The position numbers were made by a program, and so were the translations under genes. The notes below the pieces were generated by a model that was not told the origin of the DNA, did no database searches, and saw nothing but the letters and a program-made list of their open reading frames with translations. From assembly GCF_018977255.1 (NCBI RefSeq), contig NW_024704742.1:47804001-47864000 (forward strand): a stretch of 60,000 bases of DNA, written 5' to 3'. Source of the DNA: Callorhinchus milii. Lineage: Eukaryota. Positions 13,141 to 26,754 of the stretch are shown piece after piece; the stretch's first letter is position 1; each line of letters opens with the position of its first letter.

Positions 13141-14639
13141 ATTAGTCACCGTAACAGCAAAGTCCAACTGCAGAAAGGGACTTCTTCCCCCGGGGACTAG
13201 TTGCTGCAGCACCATCATGCAGAACGTTGTGCTTTCAGCTGTAAAACTACCTCTTTTCACAATTAGATTTCCAGCATGAAGTGTTAGAAAAAAGAGGGGA
13301 AATGTGGTTTTGCTGCAGCTTGATGCGTATATTAAAGATAAAATGAAGGGCTGACAGATTCAACAAATGCACTCCAGTTGTGGGATGTTGCTGGATTCTG
13401 AACTGTTTACTGGGATAAATGCATTTAAGAAGTTCCCAACAGAGCATCTTACCTGTGTACTGGTGGATTACGTTTAATATTTTATTGCTTTTTTTCCTCT
13501 GTTCTGTACATTCCTGTCACCACAAGCACCCATATCCAAGAACGGGGGTTGGGTGTGGGGGGTGGGGGGGTGGGGGGCAGATAGTTTGAGCTACAGATTT
13601 GTCCACAACCACTGTTCCATGCAGAAAATACAGACAGCAGAGGGACCCTAGAGATGACAGAATTTCAGTTTGTAGGCAGTTTCTCAGCAATCAAAAGAAA
13701 CGTGGTCTGAAATGCTATAATCACAAATCATAGTGGCTGATTGTAACTGCCTGTTTGCAAATATCATATTGCAAGATTTTCAAAATGACTAATCCCAAGA
13801 CACGAAAGTCTAAAAACAAACCTGACAAGTAAAATGGGATAAGGAAATTAAAGAATGAACCTGACAAACCATTCCCAATGTTTGGCTGGCATACAACAAC
13901 AACAACAGAGCATTTTATCTATGTACTAGTGGAATACTTTTAAGCTGGTTTGCAAGTATTGCATTTTTGAACCCAATGTGAACACTGGAAAGTAAATATA
14001 CTAACATTTAGAAAATATAAATAAGGACGTGAAGACAAAGACAGCACGTGAGACATAGAATTACAATTTATAATCTACCAATGGCTCAAGTGAAGTAATG
14101 TTTCCTATCCCCTCTCTACCCATTTTCTGTACTTATCACACTGACTGATAGAGCAGGTCTATTATACTATGTTGATAGAATATAACATGATAAAAAGAGT
14201 GATACGCAATATGATTTTTGTAATTATAAGATTCATTCTCTCTGATATGATAATCTTAAACTTTGATTGACATGGCAATCTTAAATTTTCATTGCCATGT
14301 GTGTCCGCCTAATTGATAGCTAGCACTCTCGCCTCTGAGAATACGTACAAATGAATCAGTATTTGGATACTTCAGGTTTGCTAATTACATGTAAACCCAA
14401 GACTTCAATTGAATTTTATAACAAATTTGTCAGTAACAACAGCTTTCCTGGGAGAGCATCAGATAAACAGTGTTCAACAGATGGAACATTGAACTGTCCT
14501 GGATGTGGTAGAAACCTTTGATGTTATTCAGATTGTGAGGTTGTGGTCGCATGGGTTGGAAGAGGTGCCCAAACCTGGACACAAGCCTCTAACTGAAGTC
14601 CAATGACTAATATAAGTTAGGTATTATCCTTTTGTTTTT

Positions 14640-15360
14640 ATATGCTAGATATTGTATAATATAATATATCCATATTTATATTATAAAATATAAGATCCCA
14701 TTAGCTTTCTTCAGTTAGTCCACTTACCTTCCCACCTTTAAAGATTGATGTGTTAATCCCTGGATCTTTCTGCTTTTAACATTTTACCATTTGGTAAATA
14801 CTTATTCTCCTTATTCTTCTTTACGAAATTAATAACCTCAAACTTTTCTAAATTCACTTTAATCTCTCATCTCTCTGCCCAATGTATTAGTTTATCAATA
14901 TCCTCCTGAAGTTGCTTATTCAGTTTTTTTTACTGCTAGTAACACTCCCTATTTTTGTGTCAATTGCAAATAGAAATTGTGCCCCTTATATCAGATCCCA
15001 AATCATGTATATAAATGGAGAAAAATAGTGATGCTAACACAGACCCTTGGGGAACGCCACCATTTATATCTTTCCATTCCAAATAACAATCTTCTATCCC
15101 CACTTTCTGTTTCCTATTCTTTAACCCACTTTCTAACCATGCTATCACATTTCCATTTATACTGTGCACCTCTTACCAAATGGTTTCTGAAAATCCATGT
15201 GTAGTTCATCAGCTCGCAATTATTTCAATGAACTGTCAAATCTGTCAAAGCAAGCCTCTTACAATCCGTGTTGATTGTCGTTCATCAACCCATGTCTTTC
15301 TAAGTGATTATCAATATTATCCTGTGTAATGATGGCTAAAACTTTGCTATTTTCATCATG
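14640..15360 (-). mobile_element. Decayed CR1-clade LINE RT fragment
   Basis: WLESGLKNRKQKV...[21 protein letters not shown]. Confidence 0.7.
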
Positions 15361-17950
15361 TATTTTTTCGTACTACTTCCGTTTTTTATAGATATCCCTC
15401 CAAATTTCTACACATCCTCTTGTATATGCTCAATTTATCACTGTCACATTCTTCTGTAAAACCTGAAACAAATATTCATTGTCTACTCCACACCTTCATT
15501 TCCATTAGATTTCACTTTGTGCCTCTAACTGACCCTATCTTTTCTTTCAACTATTGCTTTTCATAAAATCCTTTAGATATTTTCCTTGATATCTCTTCAA
15601 ATCTCCTTTGCTTCACCTTATTTTCTATACTCTGCCTAATTTTCTTATGTATTATAATCTTTAGTTTCTTTGGGTATCTCTTTCAAGTCTTATTTCGTTT
15701 TCATTTTACTAGTCATCCATAGGACACATCTCAGTCTATAAATATAACTTAATGAATCCGGCTTTAATGATATAGTAGCAGAGACTCTTGGAAAGAAATG
15801 TTTATGTACTGTACATACTTAGCTATTTACGTATATACAATAGTACACTGTATTTTGAAAACGCAATTTTTTAAAAAAGTTATTGTAAACTGTGGATGAT
15901 AAATTTCTTGAACATACGAAATCACATAATTTATTAATATAATCATTAAACATTCTGCATATTATATATTTTCATGTCAACTTATTTAAAGGGAATTTCC
16001 TAACTTTGACATTTTAAAGTTTTAAGAACCATTTTAATATTTATAATTTTTTTTCAGTGATCATCAGGCATCTAAACAACTAACATTCCAACTGTTCGAG
16101 TTATAGAATGCTCTAATAACAAAATAGAATAAAATATCTCTTTCCTACTCACTCATGAAGAACTTGTATTCATATTACCGCCCTTCATGTAGGAAAGGCC
16201 TCCGAGTATTATAAGAAAACCTCAAAATCACCAGAAGACAGTCATAAATGGGTTATGATAAATGTTCTTTGTAAGTGAATACATTTTTACAGACAAGAGC
16301 AAAGCCGATTTGGTCTTAGCAGTATAGAAATGTGGAACGGATATCTTGATTTATACCACTCGCTTGTGGCTTTGAATTGGGTCGGAAAAAAATAGCCATA
16401 ATTTTGAATTCAATGCATGTCCTTAGACCAGCTAAGAACAGTGCGATTGCCAATCACACAGGTAAGAATTACCCTCTTCCAAAACGGTGTCCTCCTAATG
16501 AAACCATTTGTACAGAATCTGTGACTTGCCATTAACATGCAGTACGCATGCCAATTCATAGAATCTATTGACGTTGACATTACGTACCTGGATATAAGCT
16601 GCTGCATCTTCCAAATTAAACAGAAGTGACTGGTTTTAAAATAAAAAGCAAAACAAATAAAATAGTGATGCTGCATATGAGTGGAGCATGGGAGAGGACA
16701 AAGCCCACTCACCCACTGCAGAATAAATCGCTGTCCAACTGCAAATCCAGATGGTGAGGATCTGTATAGAGGTGACGAGTAGATGTTTGATTGGCATCAG
16801 CTTCTGGGCTATCCTAAGAATCTCCATGAAAACATAAAACATTTGTAAGCATTTTTCCACTTAGAAATACGGCTTTATGTCAAGTTGTATGTGGCAATAT
16901 CATTACTAAAACCACTCCCCAAACATATGAACAAAGTGATTTGGGTGTTAAGCTCCTCATAAAATATTGTGCTGTTCAATTCAGGATAACTTCAAGATGA
17001 TTCACTGAACATTATCCCATTACTAAGTTTGGATGAGCATCAAACTTGGAACTAAAAGTTTCTAATTGTGTCATCCTGTCAGTCTACTCAGCACCTTTCA
17101 AAGTTAATAAAGTAAACTGTCTAAAAATATCCTCCATGGCCTTGCTCCTCCCTACCTCTGCTACCTTCTAACCCCCTATCAACCTGCCCACTCCCTGCAC
17201 TCAGAGGGCTCCAGTCTGCTTCACGTCAGCATCTACTTCCTTGGGTTTTCTTGAAAAGCCGTAAAGGTTACAATAAAGTAAAGAATTGTTAATCCCCACT
17301 GGCTCTTCAAATCCTTTAATGCCCTCACACCTCCTACTTCTCCAACCGATTTACTCCTCAATCCACTACCTCCACTCAATTGGCCTCCGTTCCACCATCA
17401 GAGACCTCACTTTCAGTCACTACACCTCGAAACTCTGTAACTCTTCCCTCAATCCCTCCACCTTGGCCCCTCCTACCGTACCTTCAAATCATGCCTGATC
17501 ATGCTTCGTCATATCCCCCATCCCTACAGGTCAGCATCGAGCTCTCTGGGAGACTACCCTATGTGAGAGGTGCTAATATAAATGTAAGTTACTGCTTTGG
17601 ATAGCTGACCAACATCTCTGGACTTGAGATTTGGAGGTAATTATTTTCAGTCTTGATAGGGCAGTCCAAGTAGGAATTATAGAATAAGATACATTTAAAA
17701 TTGACAAATAAAATTCAACTCAGACACTGCATCTTTAAAGTATATCCTGTGAAGTTCATTGAGATGGACTTGACTGTCATGAAAGGAGCCAAGGATTTCT
17801 TATTATACTTTGCATAAAATTTGATGTTAGACCTGCTGCCTGTGCAGCACACATCAAGTCACCTCTGTGCAAAACAAAATTACACTTGTATAGTCTTTCA
17901 CATCAGGAAGACATCCTCAGGCGCTTGGACAATCAGTGTTTTCGAACCCG

Positions 17951-18960
17951 AGCTATACACAGTGTGGTGACACAGCTCTATACACAGTGTGGTGACACAG
18001 CTCTATACACAGTGTGGTGACACAGCTCTATACACAGTGTGGTGATACAGCTCTATATACAGTGTGGTGACACAGCTCTATGTACACAGTGTGGTGACAC
18101 AGCTCTATACACAGTGTGGTGATACAGCTCTATATACAGTGTGGTGACACAGCTCTATACACAGTGTGGTGATACAGCTCTATACACAGTGTGGTGATAC
18201 AGCTCTATATACAGTGTGGTGATACAGCTCTATATACAGTGTGGTGACACAGCTCTATGTACAGTGTGGTGACACAGCTCTATACACAGTGTGGTGACAC
18301 AGCTCTATACATAGTGTGGTGATACAGCTCTATATACAGTGTGGTGACACAGCTCTATTACAATGTGGTGATACAGCTCTATATACAGTGTGGTGACACA
18401 GCTCTATACACAGTGCGGTGACGTAGCTCTATTACAATGTGGTGATACAGCTCTATACACAGTGTGGTGACACAGCTCTATATACAGTGTGGTGATACAG
18501 CTCTATACACAGTGTGGTGACACAGCTGTATACACAGTGTGGTGATACAGCTCTATACACAGTGTGTTGATACAGCTCTATATACACAGTGTGGTGACAC
18601 AGCTGTATACACAGTGTGGTGATACAGCTCTATGTACACAGTGTGGTGATACAGCTCTATACACAGTGTGGTGATACAGCTCTATATACAGTGTGGTGAC
18701 ACAGCTCTATACACAGTGCGGTGACACAGCTCTATACACAGTGCGGTGACGTAGCTCTATTACAATGTGGTGACACAGCTCTATACACAGTGTGTTGATA
18801 CAGCTCTATATACACAGTGTGGTGACACAGCTGTATACACAGTGTGGTGATACAGCTCTATGTACACAGTGTGGTGATACAGCTCCGTATACCCAGTGTG
18901 GTGATACAGCTCTATATACCCAGTGTAGTGACACAGCTCTATACACAGTGTGATGTACAC
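17951..18960. repeat. 25-bp minisatellite, ~40 copies (CACAGCTCTATACACAGTGTGGTGA)
   Basis: Direct period of 25 nt with point variants; no spacers. Confidence 0.95.
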
Positions 18961-20724
18961 ACTTTGAGACATTCTCCTGATGTGAAAAATGCTGTATGAA
19001 ATTACCATAATTTCAATATTTATTTATATTGCTCTTTGTATTGGTACAATGGTCAAACTTGTCATTGAGCACTGTCTCAGTCCTATCTGAATTTATTCTA
19101 CTTATATTAATTTCTTACAACATCTAACATAATTTCTGGTTTTCCTTCATTAATAATAGTTTATCAAAGCATTAGCTCCTATCTCTTAGATATCCAATTT
19201 AAATTAATCCTAGTATTTCTATTTTTGTATAACAGTTTAGTGAGTCGTTCATTATGGGCAGATGAGGGTGAGTTTCTTTAGTTTCCTATGTTTCCCCAGT
19301 TACCCAATGTAGCAACAAACCATTTAAAACACACTCATTAAAGTCAGTTACCCTTTTGATTATTTCAATCTTTTTCACATTGGAGTAAGATTACATTCAA
19401 CCTCAATCACAATCAATTGCTTATTCCTCTGCAATCTGATTTTAGCACCTACTCCTCTCCAAGTGAATGGAGATTGGAGATTAATGTAGGGATGGAATTT
19501 TTATTGTTTAAAATATTGTGTGAATTATGTCTCATTCTTAGGATGGTCATGATAAAATACATGTGTTATAAACTTTGAATATTTATTTATGTTCACCTCT
19601 TGCAAAAGCCCAGCAACAGTTCCTGTAAATAAAATCCATATAATCTCTGTATTCTTGGAATCTGTATTTATATTCATCAGTCTTACTGAGTATGTTCCTG
19701 AGAAATTAGCACTTACCTGTAATAGTTGTTAGGCATACTGGATTTTACATGGTACCATGCTACCAACCCTCTCCAAAAAGCAAATCTTACAACATCAGAC
19801 ATTGACAAGTTGAAATAATATACCCAATATATTTACATAAAGATAACAAATTAACTGTGCTATCGGCTCAATATGTTGCAATATCAAATAGAAAATACGT
19901 AATGTGTAATTTACCATTTCAACCGCCTGGTTCATTTGTCCTTTGAACACACCTGCTGCCTTCCTTTTATAAACACATTGAAAGTACTTTAAGTTTTTCA
20001 CCTCCTCACTCCTTTACATTCTTATAATTTAAGCCACTCCTCTTGTACTTATTAGATAGCAGTAGTCGATCAAGCTTGAATGATACATTACTGCTTTTCT
20101 AACATTAGAGCAATGGAACTCTAAAATTACCCTTTTCTTTCATTTAAAATAGATTACTGCCAAAATAAGGGGCTCCCTTTGAAGATAGAAATTTACTTTG
20201 ATCTTTACAAGATTTCTGAACTTTGGAAGTTTTGTCCTGACATATTCGCGTGAACAATAATACTTGTGTAGATTAGTTTGCTTCTTTGAAAAATTGGCAT
20301 ATCAGTGTTCACTCTACAGATTATATTCAACGCTAATGGCTAATCAATTAAACTATCAAAATCCATAAGACAGAAAATACTCTTTGATCTCACACAATAG
20401 AAACCACCACTCCATAAAAATCACAATAATCATACCTGCCGCAAAGAAAAATCGCCACAGACCCCAATGTTATGGACATTCTCAAAATATTTTTTTCATG
20501 CAGATTTTCCAGATATTGACCCTACTTGAAAACTGCCGAGGTGTCTTGAAATACATGTTTAGTCAGCCTGGCTCTGTTCTGACGAAAGGTCATTGACCTA
20601 AAAAGTTAACTCATCTCCCTCTCTCCGTTGGTGCTGTCTGACCTGTTGCGCGTTCCCAGCGACTTCTGTGTTTATACCAGATTTCCAGCATCTACAGTAC
20701 TTTGCCTTTGGCGCTGCATATTAA

Positions 20725-21125
20725 CCTGTCTCAGTTGGTAGCACTCTCACCACTGACTGAGAAGGTTGTGGGTTCAAGCACCATGTCGAGACTTTGAACT
20801 CACGTAGTCCAGGTTGACATTCCAATGCAGTTCTGGGGATGTGCTGCATTGTTGGAGGTACTGTCCTTCGGGTGAGACGTTAAATCCAGGATTCATCTGC
20901 CCATTCGGGTGAGTGTTAAATATCCCATGCCACTATTCGAGAAGAGAATGGAGTAAGGCAAACATACCCTCAGATAAAACTGGTCGATCACTTCGTGGTT
21001 GTTTGTAGGTCATAGTTTGCAAATTGGTTGTGGCATTCGCCTACAAATCACACAATCACGACACTTTGCAATATATTCCATGAAGCGTTTTGAGACAGCC
21101 TCCTGATATGAAAGGTGCTTAAATG
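20725..21125 (+). mobile_element. Old DeuSINE-like element (other decayed copies ~3225-3420, 4000-4150, 22810-23130, 23935-24230, 47850-48080, 54380-54700)
   Basis: tRNA-like head then GTGCTGCATTGTTGGAGGT...GAGACGTTAAA...ATCCCATGCCACTATT, resembling the Deu domain as recalled. Confidence 0.65.
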
Positions 21126-23462
21126 TAAAACTTCATTAACATTTAACAGGTGAGATTACAGAAACTGAGAATTTTAATACTAAAAAGAGAAAACTCAGAG
21201 GTGATCTTATTTAGGTATTCAAAACCCTCTTATATTTAGGATGACACAGAGTTTAAATATGGGATGGAGTAAACATTACTAGATTTACTGAATTTGGATT
21301 TATACTTCAGGGCAAAATGGATTGCTCTTCTATCTGCGGCAATAGAATTGAGTGTTGGAATTATTGGATTAAAGTACCTTTAGATGTCATCAATTTTTTT
21401 AATGTGTTATTTTGTAGATATTGCTATGCTGCAAATAAATTACAGTCATAATATATTTCACGCTTCCACACTGCCAGCTGTGCACCATCATTTGATTTAA
21501 TAAAGAGTTATAATAAATATCCTTTCTGCATATTAGATGAAGTCTATTTTCTTAGGATGGTAATAAAAAATAGACTTCAATGTAACAGGTAAATACAAAT
21601 ACATCATTTCAAAGGCATTCTATCTAGAACATAAATCTACAGAACTAGTTAGTTCAGACCAACATTGAATCATAGAATTATAGAATCGTACAGCACAGCA
21701 GGAGGCCATTCAGCCCATCATGTTTGTGCTGGCTCTTTGTAAGAGCTACCAACTAGCTCCACTCCCCCACTCTTACCCCATAGTCCTTTCCAAGTACATA
21801 TCCAATTCCCCGTTGAAAGCTTTCGTTGAATCTGTTTCCACACCTTTTCAGGCTGTGTATTCCAGATCATAATGACTCGCTGGATAAAAAAAACTCTCCT
21901 TGTCTCCCTTTTGGTTCATTTGACAATTATCTTAAATCTGTGTCCTTTGGTTACCAACCCATCTGCCTAAGAAAACATTTTCTCCTTATTTACTAAGTAC
22001 TTTTGTTTTGACCAATTCTTCTGCCTTTTCAACATGGTGAGTTTCTTCCTGCTGGCCAGACTGATGATAAGCAAATGTAAGATTGACACAGTGATTTAAT
22101 TTATCATCACCCCTGAATTTTGATAACTACGTATTGCAAGAAAATTTTAATTATCAACGCTAAATTGCTTCTATATCCACAATGAATTATTTGTGTCCTT
22201 GAATTTTTCATGCTGTGTCCAGTAGATTTTCCCCAGGAACGTCAGAAAAGTTATAATACATTTGAATAGTATTTTTACACTGAAAGCAAGCCAATAAAAC
22301 GATATATTGAATTTTATTGGTTTAAAAATAGCAAATGTTTTGAATTTTCAGATATTTCCTCAAAGTATTTCGAAACCCAGTTTAAAACCATGAATATTCA
22401 GTGAAATATTCAAAGAGAGAATAACAAGCAGAATGGTGAATCTGAGCATGGCATCCTGTCTTTGATTATTTTATTTGGTTGCATTGCTATCTACTAGACT
22501 ATTAAAGCTGAACAAAATGTTCAGTAAGTGAAATAAAACTGGGAGAAATGTATCATGAATAGTTCTTTCATTTACTGTTGTACATGTAGGATAACAATAG
22601 ATGACAACAATCAACCCAGGTTTTATTACATATTTATTACATAACAAGTTGTAAATACATAAAGGCAGTGCAAATAGCTTTTCACTTGCATTTCAACATA
22701 CTTTCGGAGCAGTACCAACATTCATTAACAATCCGTACAAACATTCCTCATTCCTTATATAATCATTTGGGATTCCTTATACCGTCCCACATCGGGACTA
22801 TCGACTCACAGTCCAGGCTGGCACCCAATACAGTGCTTGGGGGTGTGCTGCATTGTCAGAGGTGTCATCCTTTGGCTGAGACATTAAACCAAGCATAAAG
22901 ATCCCATAGCACTATTCAGAAAGAGAAGAAAGTTTCTTCTGGTGTCCTCTTTTACAAATCATTAAATGAAATTGGTTATTAATTTTTTTCATGGCTGCTT
23001 GTGGGATATTGTTGTGTGAAATTAGCCTCTGCAATAATCTGCAAAATACACAGTCATTACACTTTACAGTAAATACTGTGAAGTGCTTTAAGGCGTCCTC
23101 CTGACATGAAAGACATTATATCAAATATAAGGATTATTGTTATTATTTCTCACTCTCTATTGCTCTACATTACTCCTGCAATTTTTGTTGTTAAAAATCT
23201 ATCAAGCTTTCAAAGAAAAAAATGGCTCCTCATGAACTGAATCTGTACTACTTTAGCTTCTTTTGTACATGGGAGCTCAGATTGCTTTGTGCAAGATTCC
23301 TATGTGCAAAGGAATACCCTTAAGCCTTGCTAAACACAGGGACTTATCCAGTTCCTTTCGAACAATTCTATTGATCCAGTTTCTTGTGTAATTAATTCCA
23401 AACCCCAACAACTCTTTAAAAGAAGAATTACCTAAATTGCCTACAAAATACAGTCAGTACAC

Positions 23463-23780
23463 TTTACAACAACAACTTGTATTTATATAGCAGAGTAGCG
23501 TCTCAGAGCGCTTAACAGTGGCGGAGCCTGACTCCGAGCTGGGGGAGGGGAGAGGTGGCCATAAGCACGGTCGAACAGGAACGTTTTCAGGTGGGATTGG
23601 AAAAAGGGGAGAGAGGGGACAAGGTGGAGGGATTGAGGGAGAGTGTTCCAGAGCTTCGGGGCGTAGTGGCTGAAAGCGCGATCTCCAATGGTAGAGCGGT
23701 GCGAATGACAAGCAGGAGGCCGATGACAGTTGAGCGGAGGTGCCAGGTGGTAGATTAGGGCATGAGAAAGTTGGAGAGGT
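23463..23780 (-). mobile_element. L2 3'-end fragment
   Basis: RAFSHYAPKLWNTLP...LKTFLF on minus strand with (TTG)n tail. Confidence 0.75.
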
Positions 23781-24822
23781 AGTCCATATAAAATAGTTTT
23801 TGCCCATCTACCCAATCAAGACTTTTCTACCGCATTGCCCCTCAATCACCTCTGATCCAGTGGAGAAAGCTTCAACTTGGCCAGACACTTTACATTGTCT
23901 CACATCTGATATCTTAGCAATGAATCTGTGATATTTTCAGATGAAACGTTAACCCGAGGTCCTGCCTATCTATTCAGGTGGACGCCAAAGAATCCAAGGC
24001 ACTATTTGAAAAGAGAAGGGATCTCTCCTGGTGTCCTGGCCAACAACCCCCCCAAATAAAAATTGGTCACTTACTCTATGGCTGTTTGTGGGGCATTGCT
24101 GTGCGCAATTGGGCTGCCCTGTTCACCTACGAACATACAGTCACATCATTTTACAGTAAATCCTGAGAAGTGCTTTGAGACTTCTTTCCTACGAGCGGTG
24201 AAAGCGCTATCTATACCAAATACAAGGATCGGTACTATTAAGAGTTAAAAACAAGAGACCCAACGAGTGCACAAATATAAATTAAGTTGGTTCTCTGAAG
24301 CCCTGGATGGTATGTATGGATTCACACTAGTTGTGTGCTTGAGGGCAGGTCTGAATGACTGCATCAAAACTTTCACTGAGACCTTCAGCTTTTGTGTTGC
24401 ACATCACAGATCCTCTAACTCGCTTTCCCATCAGAAACCTGCGACTTCAACCCAGCAGCACATCCAACGTCAGTGTCTTGCTGCAGAGCTGAACACTTCA
24501 AACCTTACAACTAAACCTAGCCTTTACTCTGGAGTTTGCAAAATGATGGTTCTGTGAAAAAAAACGTAAAATTGATTTATATTTTTCGTTCCTGGACGCC
24601 AATATTCTTCTTTTTTTTGGTGTTTTAGTGATTTTGTTTTCCNAAAAAAAAGCAAAGCAGGACATTTCTGTCAATTTTACATGTCATGGATAAGACAGAC
24701 AAGACTGAAGGAAGTTGGCTGGGTGCAAAGGCGATGGATGGATAAGTCATTATAACAGGGCTGTGGCTGCCAAACTGCCAAACAGTAAAATATTCGCTGG
24801 ATTGAGTTTGTTTTTGTTTCAG

Positions 24823-26375
24823 ATTTGTATCAGACTGTGAGGATCTTTCTTTACTGCCTCCTGTTTATGCTGAGTGTGTTGGGCAATGTGCTGATCATCA
24901 CGGTGCTGCTGAGGAACAAGCGGCTGCGGACAGTGACCAACACTTTCCTGCTCTCCCTGGCGGTCAGCGACCTGATGCTGTGTTTCTTCTGTATCCCCTT
25001 CACCCTCATCTCCAACCTGCTCGAGGATTTCATCTTCGGGAGCGCCGTCTGCAAAGCTGTGCCTTACTTCATGGGTAAAAAAAATACACACACGCACACA
25101 AATAGCACGATCTGTAAAAAAAATTAAGCACATAATCTGTCAAAGCTGTTCCTCCTTTTAAATCCCAATTGTGATTATTCACTCGAGTGTAATTAGTTAA
25201 AGCAGGGAACCTTTTATATATAAAATATCTATTTTGCTGAATTTGGAGTTGGGAACAAATGGGACAGCCAGTGAAGCTTATTAAATCTAGATATCTGTTA
25301 CAATAATAATAATCCTTCACATTTGATATAGCGCCATTGAGACATCTCAAAGCATTTCGCAGAATATACTGTAGAGTCAATTGACTATATTTTGTGGGCA
25401 AAATACGGCGGCCAATTGCACACAGCAGTGTCCCACAAACAGTCATGGATTGATTGATCAAATTATTATTAATTTTGTCAGTGCTTGATGTGATTTGGAT
25501 ATAATTCAGCACTCTGGGACCTTACCCTGCGTGAAGGGCACTATATAAATGCGCGTTGTTGTTGATGTAATTTTGTTGTTGTTATAAAAACTCACTAATT
25601 GTCAAAATCGACACAACTTTACCCTTCATTTACATGCTTCTCTCAGCCTGTTTCTCTGTTAGCACAAACCAATTTTATTCTCCAAAAGGCAGGAGGAGAG
25701 AAGCTGAGAAGCATGGCATCTCTGGAATCTTTATTACAACTGGATATTTATTAGCAGTCAGGCTGAACCGAGAGGCAGTACACAGCAATACAAAATAGCT
25801 GTTAGTATTAATGAATTAGGTTTGCTCCTTGGCTCTTTGTTTACACGCGGAGCAAAATAGTTCTCATTCTGATTAATGTAATGCAGCCACTGAGATTGTT
25901 ATGTTGTTGTTGCCACATTTCTATTATGTTATTATGATATTATCACTATCCTGATAATAATAATAATGCTTGCATTTGATGTAGTGCCTTATCATGTCAT
26001 CGAGATTTCTGATTGGGGAAGTGCAGGATTTAAATCTTGTTAGATTTTTTGGGGGCTGCAATTTTAATAATTATCTTCGGCTTGCTGATTTGGATTCATA
26101 CTCAAAACGGTTGGCGAGCTTTTGATAAAGTTTCTGCGGGCAGAATTCTGTCTGGGACCGCAATTTCATTCATTCATCTGCTCTCCTACACCTCTGCCTG
26201 TGTAAATCCCATCATCTGCTGTTTCATGAACAAGCGATTCCGTATGGCTTTCCTGGCAACTTTTACTTGTGGCACCAAAAAGCAAGCACATATTCGGGAA
26301 ATAGAGGAGGAAGCGGGTACAACTGGTAGCTCTATCTCCAGGTGTACCAATGTCAGTGTGTCAGCTCCCTGTTGA
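24823..26375 (+). pseudogene. CCKAR: Internally deleted cholecystokinin A receptor-like locus: exon 2 equivalent 24823-25074 (TM1-TM2-start of TM3) plus 3' part of last exon ~26100-26375 (ECL3, TM7, tail)
   Basis: DLYQTVRIFLYCLLFMLSVLGN...RNKRLRTVTNTFLLSLAVSDLMLC...FIFGSAVCK (252-nt exon, AG/GT intact); NGWRAFD...SFIHLLSYTSACVNPIICCFMNKRFR...EEEAGTTGSSISR; no recognisable TM3-TM6 sequence in the ~1 kb between. Confidence 0.8.
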
Positions 26376-26754
26376 CTGCTAAATACTACATCTGCACATA
26401 GTCTTTAAGTAAGGAATTTACACAAGTAGGATGTGTTTGTTATTTAGTGCCCCTGCATCAGTTGTTTATATTTACATGGAATGTAACTTTTGAAGGTATA
26501 AAAGGTATTTTGGTCTATTGCCTAAGTGTTGCTTCAAATATTCTACAAATGGAGTAATGAGGGTGAGCAGATGGTCTACATGGGAGAAACATTTAGTGTT
26601 CAACAACATTTTAAGGAAGGTATCCTGGCACCATTTGACTATTCATGCAACATTCATCATTGTTATTTTCCATTTCCCATGAAGTAGACAGGATTGGACC
26701 ATTTATCAAGTGGTTTTGGTGCTGCATTGAAGAACATTAATAATAATCATTCAA

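Noticed and set aside
16240..16900. Complex non-repeat-looking stretch with short minus-strand ORFs downstream of KLB
   Set aside because: No recognisable homology or consistent splice pattern; cannot assign without a search
17951..18960. CRISPR-like array
   Set aside because: Contiguous 25-bp tandem units with no unique spacers, no cas genes, vertebrate context
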